From: Dehalococcoidia bacterium
GTDB lineage: Bacteria > Chloroflexota > Dehalococcoidia > Plut-88900
Length of the DNA stretch: 64,000 bases
NCBI GenBank assembly: GCA_965197585.1
Contig: OZ240215.1
Location: forward strand, 1,824,001 to 1,888,000
Direction: 5' to 3'
Of this stretch, positions 49,509 to 59,036 are shown piece by piece. Below the pieces are notes generated by a model that saw only the letters and a program-made list of their open reading frames with translations, had not been told where the DNA came from and did no database searches. Position numbers and translations under genes: made by a program. Each line of letters begins with the position of its first letter. Positions within the stretch are counted from its first letter, which is position 1.

Positions 49509-50703
49509 GGAACCTCTGAACAACTCACTGTAAACCAGCTTAAGTTGTCTTGCATGGAGTTTTGAGGAGAGGTTGGGTCGTAATGTTGCGTCCCGGAGGC
49601 TTATTTGCATCCTATGTTCTGGCCTGTCAGGGCATCCAGTCACCATCAACCTGGATTTGGGCACACTGCTTCCCCGTCACACCGCTAAGTGGCGCTCGGC
49701 CCTTACCAAGTTGGCCAGCCCCAGCAGCATCGCCACCCGTTGCGTGTTCTTGTACAGGCCCCTGTAGCGGACCTTGGCGTAGCCGAAGTGCCGTTTCACG
49801 TACAGGAACGGATGCTCCACCTTAGCCCTGATGGATGATTTGCTCTTCTCCGCCAAGGCTTCGCAGCTCCCCGCCCTCAGTTTCCGACGCTGTCCGGGTC
49901 TCATCGCCACCCGCCACTCCACATCCATATCCCGATTCTCCGCCCGCTTCTCCACTCCCTGATATCCCGCATCTCCCCACACTCGCCTCTCCCCTCCATG
50001 CAGCAGCCGGTGCGCCTCCGTCACGTCATGCACGTTCGCAGCTGTCGTACTCATACTGTGCACTACCCCCGTGTCAGCGTCTGCACCAATGTGCACTTTC
50101 ATCCCGAAGTGCCACTCCTTCCCCTTCTTCACCTGGTGCATATCGGGGTCTCGCTCTCCAGTACGGTTCTTCGTAGACGCCGGCGCCTCGATGATGCTCG
50201 CATCCACAATCGTACCCTCCCTGAGCCTCAGTCCCCGAGACTCCAGATGACGGTTGATCTCCTCGAACAGCCCCCGACCCAACTCCTGCTCTTCCAGCAG
50301 ATGGCGGAAGTTCAGTATCGTAGTCTCGTCAGGCAAGGGGCCGGACAGCCTCAGACCTGTGAACCGCCTCACCGACTCCACCTCGTAGAGCATGTCCTCC
50401 ATGCCCGGATCGCTCAGGTTGTAGAACAACTGCACGCAGTGTATCCGCAGCATCACGGATAACTCGTAGGGCCTCCGTCCACGGCCCGCCCTGGAATAGT
50501 AGGGCCGGATTCGCTCCTCCAACTTTCCCCATGGAACCAGGTCCTCCATCCGCTCCAGAAATATCTCCCGGCGGGTCTTTCGCTTCTTGCCCTCGTATTC
50601 CAAGTCTGCAAATGTGGGCTGCTCCATCAAATCTCTCCCCAGCTTTGGCGTTAGTCCCCTTATCTTACTATTACCTATGCCCCTATACTTGTTCAGAGGT
50701 TTC
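49509..50703 (-). mobile_element. IS5-family insertion sequence (1195 bp)
   Basis: TIRs GGAACCTCTGAACAA / TTGTTCAGAGGTTTC; CTAG duplicated on both sides. Confidence 0.93.
49677..50627 (-). CDS. IS5 family transposase
   Basis: KRKTRREIFL, LSDPGMED, PDETTILNFRHLLE, GTIVDAS, WGDAGYQG, IRAKVEHPF. Confidence 0.95.
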   Translation of the reverse strand: MEQPTFADLEYEGKKRKTRREIFLERMEDLVPWGKLEERIRPYYSRAGRGRRPYELSVMLRIHCVQLFYNLSDPGMEDMLYEVESVRRFTGLRLSGPLPDETTILNFRHLLEEQELGRGLFEEINRHLESRGLRLREGTIVDASIIEAPASTKNRTGERDPDMHQVKKGKEWHFGMKVHIGADADTGVVHSMSTTAANVHDVTEAHRLLHGGERRVWGDAGYQGVEKRAENRDMDVEWRVAMRPGQRRKLRAGSCEALAEKSKSSIRAKVEHPFLYVKRHFGYAKVRYRGLYKNTQRVAMLLGLANLVRAERHLAV

Positions 50704-50829
50704 CTAGGACTTGCCCCCTCACCTTCCTCCTTAAAGCATCCCTCCACCGGACTGACCCGCTCATCCTGAGCCAGCTGAAAGTCCGCCTCAGGAGGATCGA
50801 AGGGTCGAGCGGATACGCACGCATATCCC

Positions 50830-51201
50830 TTACCCCACCCCCCACCCCACAGCATTCCGTATCAACTGCACCCGAGGCCGAGCCCCCCCTGCCTCAATCC
50901 CAACCACGTCGATACGCCACTCCCTCCCCTCGTAACCCTTCTCCTGAACATACTCTTGCGCCGACTGCACCAGCTTCTTCTGCTTCGCCACCGTCACCGA
51001 CTCCTCAGGCCTCCCAAATGCCCTAGTCCTTCGGCTCTTCACCTCCACAAACACCAGGCAATCTCCGTCCCACGCCACTATATCGACCTCCCCATACTTC
51101 CCCCGATACTTCGCCTCGATTATCGAGTACCCCTTCTGCTCAAGGAATCGGCGGGCGTATTCCTCACCCCAGTCCCCAAATCTCGTCCGTTCGTGAGGCA
51201 T
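50830..51201 (-). CDS. yraN: YraN family endonuclease
   Basis: GDWGEEYA, GEVDIV, LVFVEVK, WRIDVV. Confidence 0.92.
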   Translation of the reverse strand: MPHERTRFGDWGEEYARRFLEQKGYSIIEAKYRGKYGEVDIVAWDGDCLVFVEVKSRRTRAFGRPEESVTVAKQKKLVQSAQEYVQEKGYEGREWRIDVVGIEAGGARPRVQLIRNAVGWGVG

Positions 51202-51212
51202 ATTCCCCGACC

Positions 51213-51863
51213 CTAGACCAACGTCCCGAGCCCGTTCACCCGAGCCACGGGAGCAAAGCTAACCCGATGAATGATGCACGAACCCTGCCGGTACAGCGCC
51301 TCAATGTGCTCCCTGGTCCCGTACCCTTTGTTCCGTGAAAACCCGTAACCCGGATACCTCCGGTCCGCCTCTACCATCATCCTGTCCCGAGCCACCTTTG
51401 CCACTATCGACGCCGCAGCTATGGACAACGACACCCGGTCTCCCTTAATCGGACACTGCTGAGGTAGATCGATTCCCGGAAGAGACAGCGCATCGATGAG
51501 CAAAGCTTGTGGTCTAGGCTGAAGCTTCCCTATCGCACGGCTCATCGCACGGCGCGTCGCCCCCACTATCCCCACTACATCAACCTCCCGCACCGAGGCC
51601 CGCCCTATCCCCACTGCTAACGCCACCTCGTGTATCCGCAAATCCATCCGCTCTCTAGCCGATGCCGTCAGCTCCTTCGAGTCCCGAATGCCGACTAGAC
51701 TGGATTCAGCGATATCCGGCGGGAAAATCACCGCCCCTGCCACCACCGGCCCCGCAATTGGCCCCCGCCCCACCTCGTCCACCCCGGCAACGTAGGTGAT
51801 ACCTTGCCCCCAGAGCGCGTTCTCCAACTCAAATCCAGGAGGCCGACTCTTAACTGGAGTCAT
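51213..51863 (-). CDS. rnhB: Ribonuclease HII
   Basis: GVDEVGRGPIAGPV, DSKEL, IAAASIVAKVARD, KGYGT. Confidence 0.96.
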   Translation of the reverse strand: MTPVKSRPPGFELENALWGQGITYVAGVDEVGRGPIAGPVVAGAVIFPPDIAESSLVGIRDSKELTASARERMDLRIHEVALAVGIGRASVREVDVVGIVGATRRAMSRAIGKLQPRPQALLIDALSLPGIDLPQQCPIKGDRVSLSIAAASIVAKVARDRMMVEADRRYPGYGFSRNKGYGTREHIEALYRQGSCIIHRVSFAPVARVNGLGTLV

Positions 51864-51937
51864 TCGGTTGGCCTGCCTGCGTAGTTACGGGCATTGGCCA
51901 TATTCCACCTTCGTCGAAGCTGCGATCGCAGTAAGAA

Positions 51938-53071
51938 TCAGGGTTTGGCAGGCACGGGCACTCGAGTCCCGTCACTGGCTAATTCATCAGAGGAGGCGCT
52001 CAGTGGGCCATCTATCACCCCACCCCCCACCACCTCATCCCAGCAATAAAACACCGCCGCCTGGCCCGGAGTCACGGCCCTCTGAGGCGCGTCAAACAGC
52101 ACGCTGACCGTGTCGCCGTCCGGGAATAAGGTCGCACCTACTTCCGGTGCCCGATGCCTTATTCTGACACTGATACTCGTAGGCTCGACTGGAGCAACCC
52201 CCGACACATAGCTCACCTTGGAAGCCGTCAACCCCTCCGACCAAAGATCGGCGTCTTCACCAACCACAACCTCGTTCCGCTCCGCATCCAGAGAGACCAC
52301 GTACCTCCGACCCAGGGATCCCACCCCCAACCCCTTCCTCTGCCCCACCGTGAACTCCTCAATCCCCCCGTGCGTGCCTATGCGATTCCCCTCCAAGTCC
52401 ACTACGTCACCCTGTCTCGGTTCGATGCTCTTACGCAGAAAGCCGCGGTAATCGCCGTCCGGGATAAAGCAGATGTCCTGGCTGTCCGGCTTATCGGCAA
52501 CCGGCAGGTCCAACGACCGGGCAATCTCCCGAATGCGGGGCTTGGGATACTCTCCGACAGGGAACATGAGCCTCGAAAGCTCCTCCTGTCCTAGGCCATA
52601 CAGTACGTAGCTCTGGTCCTTCCCCGGGTCCCGAGCCTTCAGCAACTTGTACCCGTCACCCGACTGCTCGATGCGCGCATAGTGCCCCGTCGCCAGCTTG
52701 TCCGCGCCCAGGGCCCGGGCTCGCTCCATTAGGAACCGGAACTTCACCTGCTCGTTGCATGCGATGCACGGGTTGGGCGTCCGGCCCTGCCGGTACTCGC
52801 CAAGGAAATATTCGATGACCTTGGCCCTGAACTCCTTCTCGAAGTTCTGGACGTAGTGAGGTATGCCAAGTATGCGACACACCCGCCGGGCGTCGGTCGT
52901 GTCCTCGGCCGTGCAGCACCGTTTGTTCTGCCGGCTGTCCGCTCCCGGCTGAGGTGCAGAAAGCCGCATGGTAACGCCTATGACGTCATATCCCGCATCC
53001 TTCAGAAGGTATGCCGACACCGCGGAGTCGACTCCCCCGCTCATGGCCGCAACTACTACACCGTTCTTCAT
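51938..53071 (-). CDS. mnmA: tRNA 2-thiouridylase
   Basis: [39 protein letters not shown]. Confidence 0.96.
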   Translation of the reverse strand: MKNGVVVAAMSGGVDSAVSAYLLKDAGYDVIGVTMRLSAPQPGADSRQNKRCCTAEDTTDARRVCRILGIPHYVQNFEKEFRAKVIEYFLGEYRQGRTPNPCIACNEQVKFRFLMERARALGADKLATGHYARIEQSGDGYKLLKARDPGKDQSYVLYGLGQEELSRLMFPVGEYPKPRIREIARSLDLPVADKPDSQDICFIPDGDYRGFLRKSIEPRQGDVVDLEGNRIGTHGGIEEFTVGQRKGLGVGSLGRRYVVSLDAERNEVVVGEDADLWSEGLTASKVSYVSGVAPVEPTSISVRIRHRAPEVGATLFPDGDTVSVLFDAPQRAVTPGQAAVFYCWDEVVGGGVIDGPLSASSDELASDGTRVPVPAKP

Positions 53072-53213
53072 CTCTTTATATCGTCTCACCCGTCAAGTTA
53101 CATTCGAGGATATCACGCCCTCTCGAATAGCGGCAATCGCTCCCCTGGATCCATCGTTGACCCGAGCCTGTCCGATGCTACAATTGGGTATCACAAACCC
53201 GCAGGAGGCAGGC

Positions 53214-53558
53214 CTGGAGCCCCTCGAACAGGCGCGCAAGATCACCGAGATCGCATCGGAGAGGCAGGGATCCGACATCCTGCTTCTGGACGTCAGCGAG
53301 GTCTGCGGTTTCGCCGACTACTTTGTGATAATGAGCTCCCTCACCCCCCGTCACACCGTGGCCCTGCGCGAAGAGATAGAGTCCGGCCTGAAAGGCATAA
53401 GCGACGACCTTATTCACAGAGAGGGCTCAGCAAGCTCCGGATGGGTCCTGCTCGACTACGGAAGCGTGGTCGTACACATCTTCTCCGCCGCCGAGCGTGA
53501 CTACTATCGGCTGGAAAGCCTCTGGGAACACGGCAACACCATCGTCCGTATCCAGTAG
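53214..53558 (+). CDS. rsfS: Ribosome silencing factor (probable CTG start; alternative ATG 53175)
   Basis: ADYFVI, WVLLDYGSVVVHIF, RDYYRLESLW; AGGAGG 5 nt before CTG 53214. Confidence 0.9.
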   Translation: MEPLEQARKITEIASERQGSDILLLDVSEVCGFADYFVIMSSLTPRHTVALREEIESGLKGISDDLIHREGSASSGWVLLDYGSVVVHIFSAAERDYYRLESLWEHGNTIVRIQ

Positions 53559-53565
53559 CTCCCCA

Positions 53566-54015
53566 CTACTCCAATATCCACGGCTCCACGTTCCGCTTGT
53601 AGCTGATTAGCTCCCCCTCCCCGAAGAACAATTCCAATTCCGTCACCGCGTTCTCCGGAGAGTCCGACCCATGCACCAGGTTCCGGCCAATGTCCATCCC
53701 AAAGTCCCCGCGAATCGTACCCGGAGCCGCTTTCTTGGGGTCGGTTACTCCCATCATTGCCCGCACCACTTCTACCGCTTTCGGGCCTTCCAGCGCTATG
53801 GCCACAATCGGGCTGGACGTTATGAAGTTCACCAGCCCCTCAAAAAACGGCTTGCCTTCGTGGATACCATAGTGCCGACCCGCCAAGGCCCGGTCCATGT
53901 GAATCATCTTCATCCCAACTATTTTGAGTCCTTTCGCCTCAAACCGCGCTATCACCTGCCCCGATAGGCCCCTCTGAACGGCGTCGGGCTTTAACAAAAC
54001 TAGCGTTCTTTCCAT
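53566..54015 (-). CDS. ndk: Nucleoside-diphosphate kinase
   Basis: ERTLVLLKPD, PGTIRGD, NLVHGSDS. Confidence 0.97.
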   Translation of the reverse strand: MERTLVLLKPDAVQRGLSGQVIARFEAKGLKIVGMKMIHMDRALAGRHYGIHEGKPFFEGLVNFITSSPIVAIALEGPKAVEVVRAMMGVTDPKKAAPGTIRGDFGMDIGRNLVHGSDSPENAVTELELFFGEGELISYKRNVEPWILE

Positions 54016-54115
54016 GCTTATCTATTCCCTGCATCGCCGTCAGACGACGCAGTCCTCCTTATTCAATGTTCACCTTCGAAAGATGTAATGCGGAGCTATC
54101 TTAGCAGAACCGACC

Positions 54116-54805
54116 TCACCCTCCCGGCGGCCGAGTCGACTTCGATATCGATGGTCGGCGCAGATAAAACGGCTGTAGTGTTACCGGGTCGTCCACTTCG
54201 CCCTTGGCTATCTTTCCAATGCCAATATCCCCCATACACACCGCCCTCGACGCCCGACTTACCGCCCGCGGTATCAGCGCCAGTCCCCCTAGCCGATCCC
54301 TCAACTCCGACTCCATCTCCTGCGTGATCGCGCCACAGAAAATGGTCGGCTCGCTGACCAGTTCGGCCAGAGCCTCTACGGTCGTCACCCGGTCCTCGGC
54401 CGTCTTCTCCATTTCCGACTCATACATCCGATAAGACGCCGCAGCCACCTCCCCCCGCCCCACCGGCAGCAGCGAGCATACCGGCGCGCCAAGCCCAACA
54501 AACGGAAAAGCCGACGCATCCAGCGTGTCAACAGCCACCAGCGGCGAACCCGTCGAAACAGCGAACCCCTTGGCCGTCGTCATCCCCACCCTCAACCCCG
54601 AGAATCCCCCCGGCCCCAGGCTCACAACAAATCCCTTCAGGTCGTGCAGCCCTATATCGGCCTTTCCAAGGAGATGCAGGATAGCTGGTACTAGCTCCGC
54701 AGAATGGTTCTGCCTAGTGCGCCAGTGAAACTGTCCAGCCACCTCAGCCTCGTCCATCAGGGCCACCCCCAAGTCTTTCGTAGCCGTATCAATGACCAAA
54801 TACAT
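54116..54805 (-). CDS. tsaB: t6A biosynthesis protein TsaB
   Basis: IDTAT, HSAEL, GPGGFSGLRVG, PFYLR. Confidence 0.93.
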   Translation of the reverse strand: MYLVIDTATKDLGVALMDEAEVAGQFHWRTRQNHSAELVPAILHLLGKADIGLHDLKGFVVSLGPGGFSGLRVGMTTAKGFAVSTGSPLVAVDTLDASAFPFVGLGAPVCSLLPVGRGEVAAASYRMYESEMEKTAEDRVTTVEALAELVSEPTIFCGAITQEMESELRDRLGGLALIPRAVSRASRAVCMGDIGIGKIAKGEVDDPVTLQPFYLRRPSISKSTRPPGG

Positions 54806-55261
54806 CTAGCCCTCCCCCAACCCCTCGATCAACCTCGAGTGCCGTTCACCCCCCGCCCGAAGCTCGACCACCCGCTCCTCGGCACCCGTGACTGTGATCT
54901 CGACCCGAAGGTGCTCCGCAGGAAAAATCGACTCTCCCTTCTCCGCCCACTCGACCACGCACACGCCGCCATTCCCATAGGTCTCATCCAGCCCCAGGTC
55001 CTCGATCTCCAACGGATCGTCGATTCGATAGAGGTCCGCGTGGAAAAGAGTGTGTCGACCCTCATATTCGGAGACTAGTACAAAAGTGGGGCTCCGAGCA
55101 TATTCGTTGACTCCCAGCCCCCAGGCTATCCCCTGGGTCATGCACGTTTTACCCGCCCCCAGGTCCCCGACCATCAGCACCAGCTCTCCGCCTTCCATCA
55201 GTTCCCCGATACAGCAACCCAGGGCCTGAGTTTCCTCCGGCCCCCGTGTCACGAGCTTCAT
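54806..55261 (-). CDS. tsaE: t6A biosynthesis ATPase TsaE
   Basis: GDLGAGKT, SPTF, HADLYR, VVEW. Confidence 0.94.
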   Translation of the reverse strand: MKLVTRGPEETQALGCCIGELMEGGELVLMVGDLGAGKTCMTQGIAWGLGVNEYARSPTFVLVSEYEGRHTLFHADLYRIDDPLEIEDLGLDETYGNGGVCVVEWAEKGESIFPAEHLRVEITVTGAEERVVELRAGGERHSRLIEGLGEG

Positions 55262-55275
55262 TCGACTTGAGTACG

Positions 55276-56277
55276 TCAAGGCTTCGAAAAATGCTCCCAT
55301 CCGGATTTAGGGGCTTCAACTGGCAGGCCATCGTCACCCAAGAGCGTAACCACCCCTGCCTCTCCCTCCACCATCTCCCCGATAACCGTCAACGGGAGCG
55401 CAATCTCCTCCGCAGCCCGCTCCAACGCCTCCCGAGACCCCACCACCAATAGTTCATAGTCTTCTCCCGCTGTAAGCGCGAGGGTCACCGCCTCCGGCCC
55501 GAATACCTCCCTCACATCCCCCGACACCGGCAGCGTGCCTATCGATACTCGCGCCTCAACCCCGCTCATCGCACACATCTTCGGCAGGTCGGACATCAGC
55601 CCGTCGCTCAGGTCCATCGCCGCCCGTACGCCTGCTCTGAGCAGGGCCTGCCCTTCGGAAACCCTGGGATTAGGCCGATTGTGCGCCGCCTCCAACCGCC
55701 CTCGAACGTCCCCCGAGACATTGGCATCTCCATTCAGGACTCGGAACCCCGCCCCGGAGCTTCCCAGCCATCCCGTCACGGCTATCAGGTCCCCAGCCCT
55801 GGCCCCATCCCGCCGCAGGAACTCTCCCGAGCCCATTGCCTCCCCAATCAGGGTCACGTTTATCATCATGCACGGTGCCCCCACCGTATCTCCCCCTATC
55901 ACCCGGCACCCGAACTCCTCCCCTATCTCCTTCATCCCTCGGTACATTTCCACAACCGACTCCCCTTCCGTGTCCGGGCTCAGCCCCAGCGACACCAAGG
56001 CATATCTCGGCACTCCCCCCATGGCTGCAATGTCACTCAGGTTAATCGCCAACGCCTTCCAGCCCAGGTCCCGATACGACGTCGTCCCGGTGCGGAAATG
56101 TACGTCCTCTACCATCGTGTCCGTAGTCGCCAACTCGACATCCGAGCTCGGCTTCCAGGCCGCCGTATCATCACCGATGTCCAGCAGCACCCCGCCGCTA
56201 TCCCGCGGGGTCCCGACCTCAAGCACGTCGGCAATCATCTCCACCAAACCGAACTCCCCCATCTCCGATACCTTCAT
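55276..56277 (-). CDS. thiL: Thiamine-monophosphate kinase
   Basis: GEFGLV, IGDD, NLSDIAAMGG, GGDT, DLSDGL, GEDYEL. Confidence 0.94.
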   Translation of the reverse strand: MKVSEMGEFGLVEMIADVLEVGTPRDSGGVLLDIGDDTAAWKPSSDVELATTDTMVEDVHFRTGTTSYRDLGWKALAINLSDIAAMGGVPRYALVSLGLSPDTEGESVVEMYRGMKEIGEEFGCRVIGGDTVGAPCMMINVTLIGEAMGSGEFLRRDGARAGDLIAVTGWLGSSGAGFRVLNGDANVSGDVRGRLEAAHNRPNPRVSEGQALLRAGVRAAMDLSDGLMSDLPKMCAMSGVEARVSIGTLPVSGDVREVFGPEAVTLALTAGEDYELLVVGSREALERAAEEIALPLTVIGEMVEGEAGVVTLLGDDGLPVEAPKSGWEHFSKP

Positions 56278-56394
56278 ACCCGAAATTATACCCGCAACCC
56301 CACGACCCCACGAAGAGACCATGCCTGTAAAGTGACACCAGTTCCTTGACTCATTGGGGCGCAGAACGACAAAATAAGGAGGGGAGCGTATCAG

Positions 56395-57741
56395 ATGAAC
56401 CAGATTGCACTTAAAGACTTTCGCTGCTTCGGTGATCAGCAAACAGCGCGCCTTGCACCCCTTACCCTCCTCGTTGGAGAAAACAGCACGGGCAAGACCT
56501 CCTTACTAGCAATGATTCGCGCACTTCTGGATGTTGTTGTTGATAATCGGGTTCCAGATTTCAAAGAAGAACCCTACGACCTTGGAAGCTTTGAAGAAGT
56601 AGTTAACCACCGCGGCAGTAGGGTGAACGGGGATTCAGCATTTGAGGCAGGATTTCAAGCAACTGTCTCACGCAAGCGAACGACAAAGCCTACCACGACC
56701 TTTAAGTTCAATGTCATATTCGAGCGATTGGGTACTATCCCATTTCCAGTAATAAGAACAGTCAGTAGTAGTGATAACTGGTTCGAAATTCGTCAGGATA
56801 GCGAAAGGCGTGACACAGTCCGTTTCGGAACTCGGCGAGGGGTGTGGGAGTGGCATTTCCCTGGCTCAAGGGAACGAAGGTTTGAACGGGAAGCCTTATT
56901 ATCAGCTTCCTTAGCCTTTGTCAGAATTCGCAATACAATGGAAATCGACGACGGCACCATCAGTGTAAGGAGGCAATCCCAATCTCCACCAATAACTGCC
57001 CAAGATATATCTCAAATCCAAGGCTTAGCGTTTGCTAGTCGCCGGATTATGGGTAGGGTGTTCGCCAGCGCACCCGTGCGTTCCAAGCCAAGAAGAACTT
57101 ACGACCCTTCCCGTCCGATTCGTGACCCAGAGGGTGACTACGTTCCAATGTACCTGGCTAATATATATTCCCAAAACAAAGAGATGTGGATGGCGATAAA
57201 GAGTAAACTGGAAGCATTCGGGAAAGCCTCTGGTTTGTTCGATGAAATATCAATTAAGCGATTGGGCAAGAAGGGCAGTGAGCCGTTTCAGTTGCAAGTC
57301 AGGAAATTCTACAAGGGACGCAAGGGGCCACAACGTAATTTGATCGACGTAGGATATGGCGTCAGTCAAGTGCTCCCGGTAATAACTGAGATGCTTAGGC
57401 AGGACGCCCCCGATGTATTCTTACTACAGCAGCCGGAAGTGCACCTCCACCCCAAGGCACAAGCCGCCTTGGGCAGCCTTTTTTGCGAAGTCGCATCCCA
57501 AGGCCGCGAATTGATAGTCGAGACCCATAGCGATTACATCCTTGATCGTGTTCGTATGGACATCAGAGATGGAAAGACCAGCTTGAAGCCTGAAGATGTT
57601 TCCATTCTCTTCTTTGAGCGCCAAGATCTCGGTGTTGAAATTCACTCAATCAGGCTGGACGACGAAGGCAATGTCCTAGACGCCCCTCCCGGCTACGGCA
57701 ACTTCTTCATCAACGAGACTACCCGGTCATTGGGACTGTAA
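56395..57741 (+). CDS. ABC-type (AAA_15/AAA_21, DUF3696-like) ATPase
   Basis: DFRCF, GENSTGKT, DVGYGVSQVLP, LLQQPEVHLHP, VETHSD; AT-richer; RBS AAGGAGG. Confidence 0.85.
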   Translation: MNQIALKDFRCFGDQQTARLAPLTLLVGENSTGKTSLLAMIRALLDVVVDNRVPDFKEEPYDLGSFEEVVNHRGSRVNGDSAFEAGFQATVSRKRTTKPTTTFKFNVIFERLGTIPFPVIRTVSSSDNWFEIRQDSERRDTVRFGTRRGVWEWHFPGSRERRFEREALLSASLAFVRIRNTMEIDDGTISVRRQSQSPPITAQDISQIQGLAFASRRIMGRVFASAPVRSKPRRTYDPSRPIRDPEGDYVPMYLANIYSQNKEMWMAIKSKLEAFGKASGLFDEISIKRLGKKGSEPFQLQVRKFYKGRKGPQRNLIDVGYGVSQVLPVITEMLRQDAPDVFLLQQPEVHLHPKAQAALGSLFCEVASQGRELIVETHSDYILDRVRMDIRDGKTSLKPEDVSILFFERQDLGVEIHSIRLDDEGNVLDAPPGYGNFFINETTRSLGL

Positions 57742-57743
57742 AG

Positions 57744-58220
57744 GTGTGCGCCATTGTTGACGCTAATGTGGCCCATGAAGTGTTTGGTGCAAACCAGACT
57801 CCTGCAGGCAAGAAGTTTTACGATTGGATCAACGAAGGGCAAGGGCGTCTGGTAATTGGAGGCAAGCTCACAAAGGAACTTAACAAGGCCTCCATGAAAT
57901 TTGCTCAATGGGCAAAGCGGGCCATTTTGTTCGGTAGAATCCACAGTGCAGATAATCTTAAGGTCGATTTAACGACAAGGGAACTAGCCGCCAAAGGTGA
58001 ATGTGTGTCCAACGACATTCACATCGTGTCTCTTGCCCAAGTAAGTGGTGCCCGACTCTTATTCTCCAACGACGAAAAACTTCGTACAGACTTCCAGAAC
58101 AAGAATCTAATTGACAAACCGAGGGCTCGAATCTTCTCAACTCGCACCGGCGGAGACTTTACTAACTCACACAAGAGTTTGTTGGCAAGAAAAGATCTAT
58201 GTCGCGCTCACTCATCCTAG
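57744..58220 (+). CDS. PIN-like domain protein
   Basis: AIVDANV, KEL, NDIHIVSLA, LFSND acidic tetrad; GTG start 2 nt after the ATPase stop. Confidence 0.65.
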   Translation: MCAIVDANVAHEVFGANQTPAGKKFYDWINEGQGRLVIGGKLTKELNKASMKFAQWAKRAILFGRIHSADNLKVDLTTRELAAKGECVSNDIHIVSLAQVSGARLLFSNDEKLRTDFQNKNLIDKPRARIFSTRTGGDFTNSHKSLLARKDLCRAHSS

Positions 58221-58939
58221 CCGACATACACGCCAACCTGGAGGCATTCCAGGCCGTCTTAACCGACGCCAAGTCCCGAGGCCCCATCGACCAACTCTGG
58301 TGCCTCGGCGACATCGTCGGCTATGGCCCCAACCCCGGTGAAGTCATCGACCTCCTCCGGGAGCACGACCACATCTCCATCGCCGGCAACCACGATTGGG
58401 CTGCCATCGGCAAGATCGACACCTCAGACTTCAACCCCTATGCCCGCTCCGCAGCCCTGTGGACCCAGACCCAGCTGACCCAGGAGCACATGGATTATCT
58501 CGGCCGGTTGCCCCAGACCCTTGTAGCGGGAATTTTCACCCTCGCCCACGGCACCCCTCGGGACCCGATATGGGAGTACCTTGTCACTGAAACCGCCGCC
58601 CTCGCCAGCCTCGAACACCTGCAGACCAACCATTGCCTCGTCGGCCACTCCCATATCCCGTTCTTCTGCCGCGTCGACCCGTCCGCCATGCGCAGCGAGT
58701 TCCAGGAATTTCCCGTCGGTGTACCAGTCGAACTGGGCGAAGGACCCCTCTTCATCAATCCCGGCGGCGTAGGCCAGCCCCGAGACCGGGACCCCACCTC
58801 CAACTACGCCATCTATGACAGCGATCAGGGCGCCATCTGCCACTATCGCGTCCCCTACGATATCCCGGCCACACAGGAAAAGATGCGCAAAGCCCACCTC
58901 CCTGAACCCCTCATCACCCGCCTAAGCCGCGGCCTCTAG
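58199..58939 (+). CDS. Calcineurin-like metallophosphoesterase
   Basis: ADIHAN, LGDIVGYGP, AGNHD, HG, GHSH, NPGGVGQPRD. Confidence 0.92.
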   Translation: MSRSLILADIHANLEAFQAVLTDAKSRGPIDQLWCLGDIVGYGPNPGEVIDLLREHDHISIAGNHDWAAIGKIDTSDFNPYARSAALWTQTQLTQEHMDYLGRLPQTLVAGIFTLAHGTPRDPIWEYLVTETAALASLEHLQTNHCLVGHSHIPFFCRVDPSAMRSEFQEFPVGVPVELGEGPLFINPGGVGQPRDRDPTSNYAIYDSDQGAICHYRVPYDIPATQEKMRKAHLPEPLITRLSRGL

Positions 58940-59036
58940 TGCCCTGTCGCACTCGCATGATGTGACACGACAATCTTGAAGGCCCCCCCGCCGATTGCTA
59001 TAATCGCCCAATCTTCGAAGAGACCTCGCTGGGAAG

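Noticed and set aside
50628-50855. N-terminal extension of the IS5 transposase
   Set aside because: It runs beyond the TIR into REP DNA; the likely start is ATG 50627.
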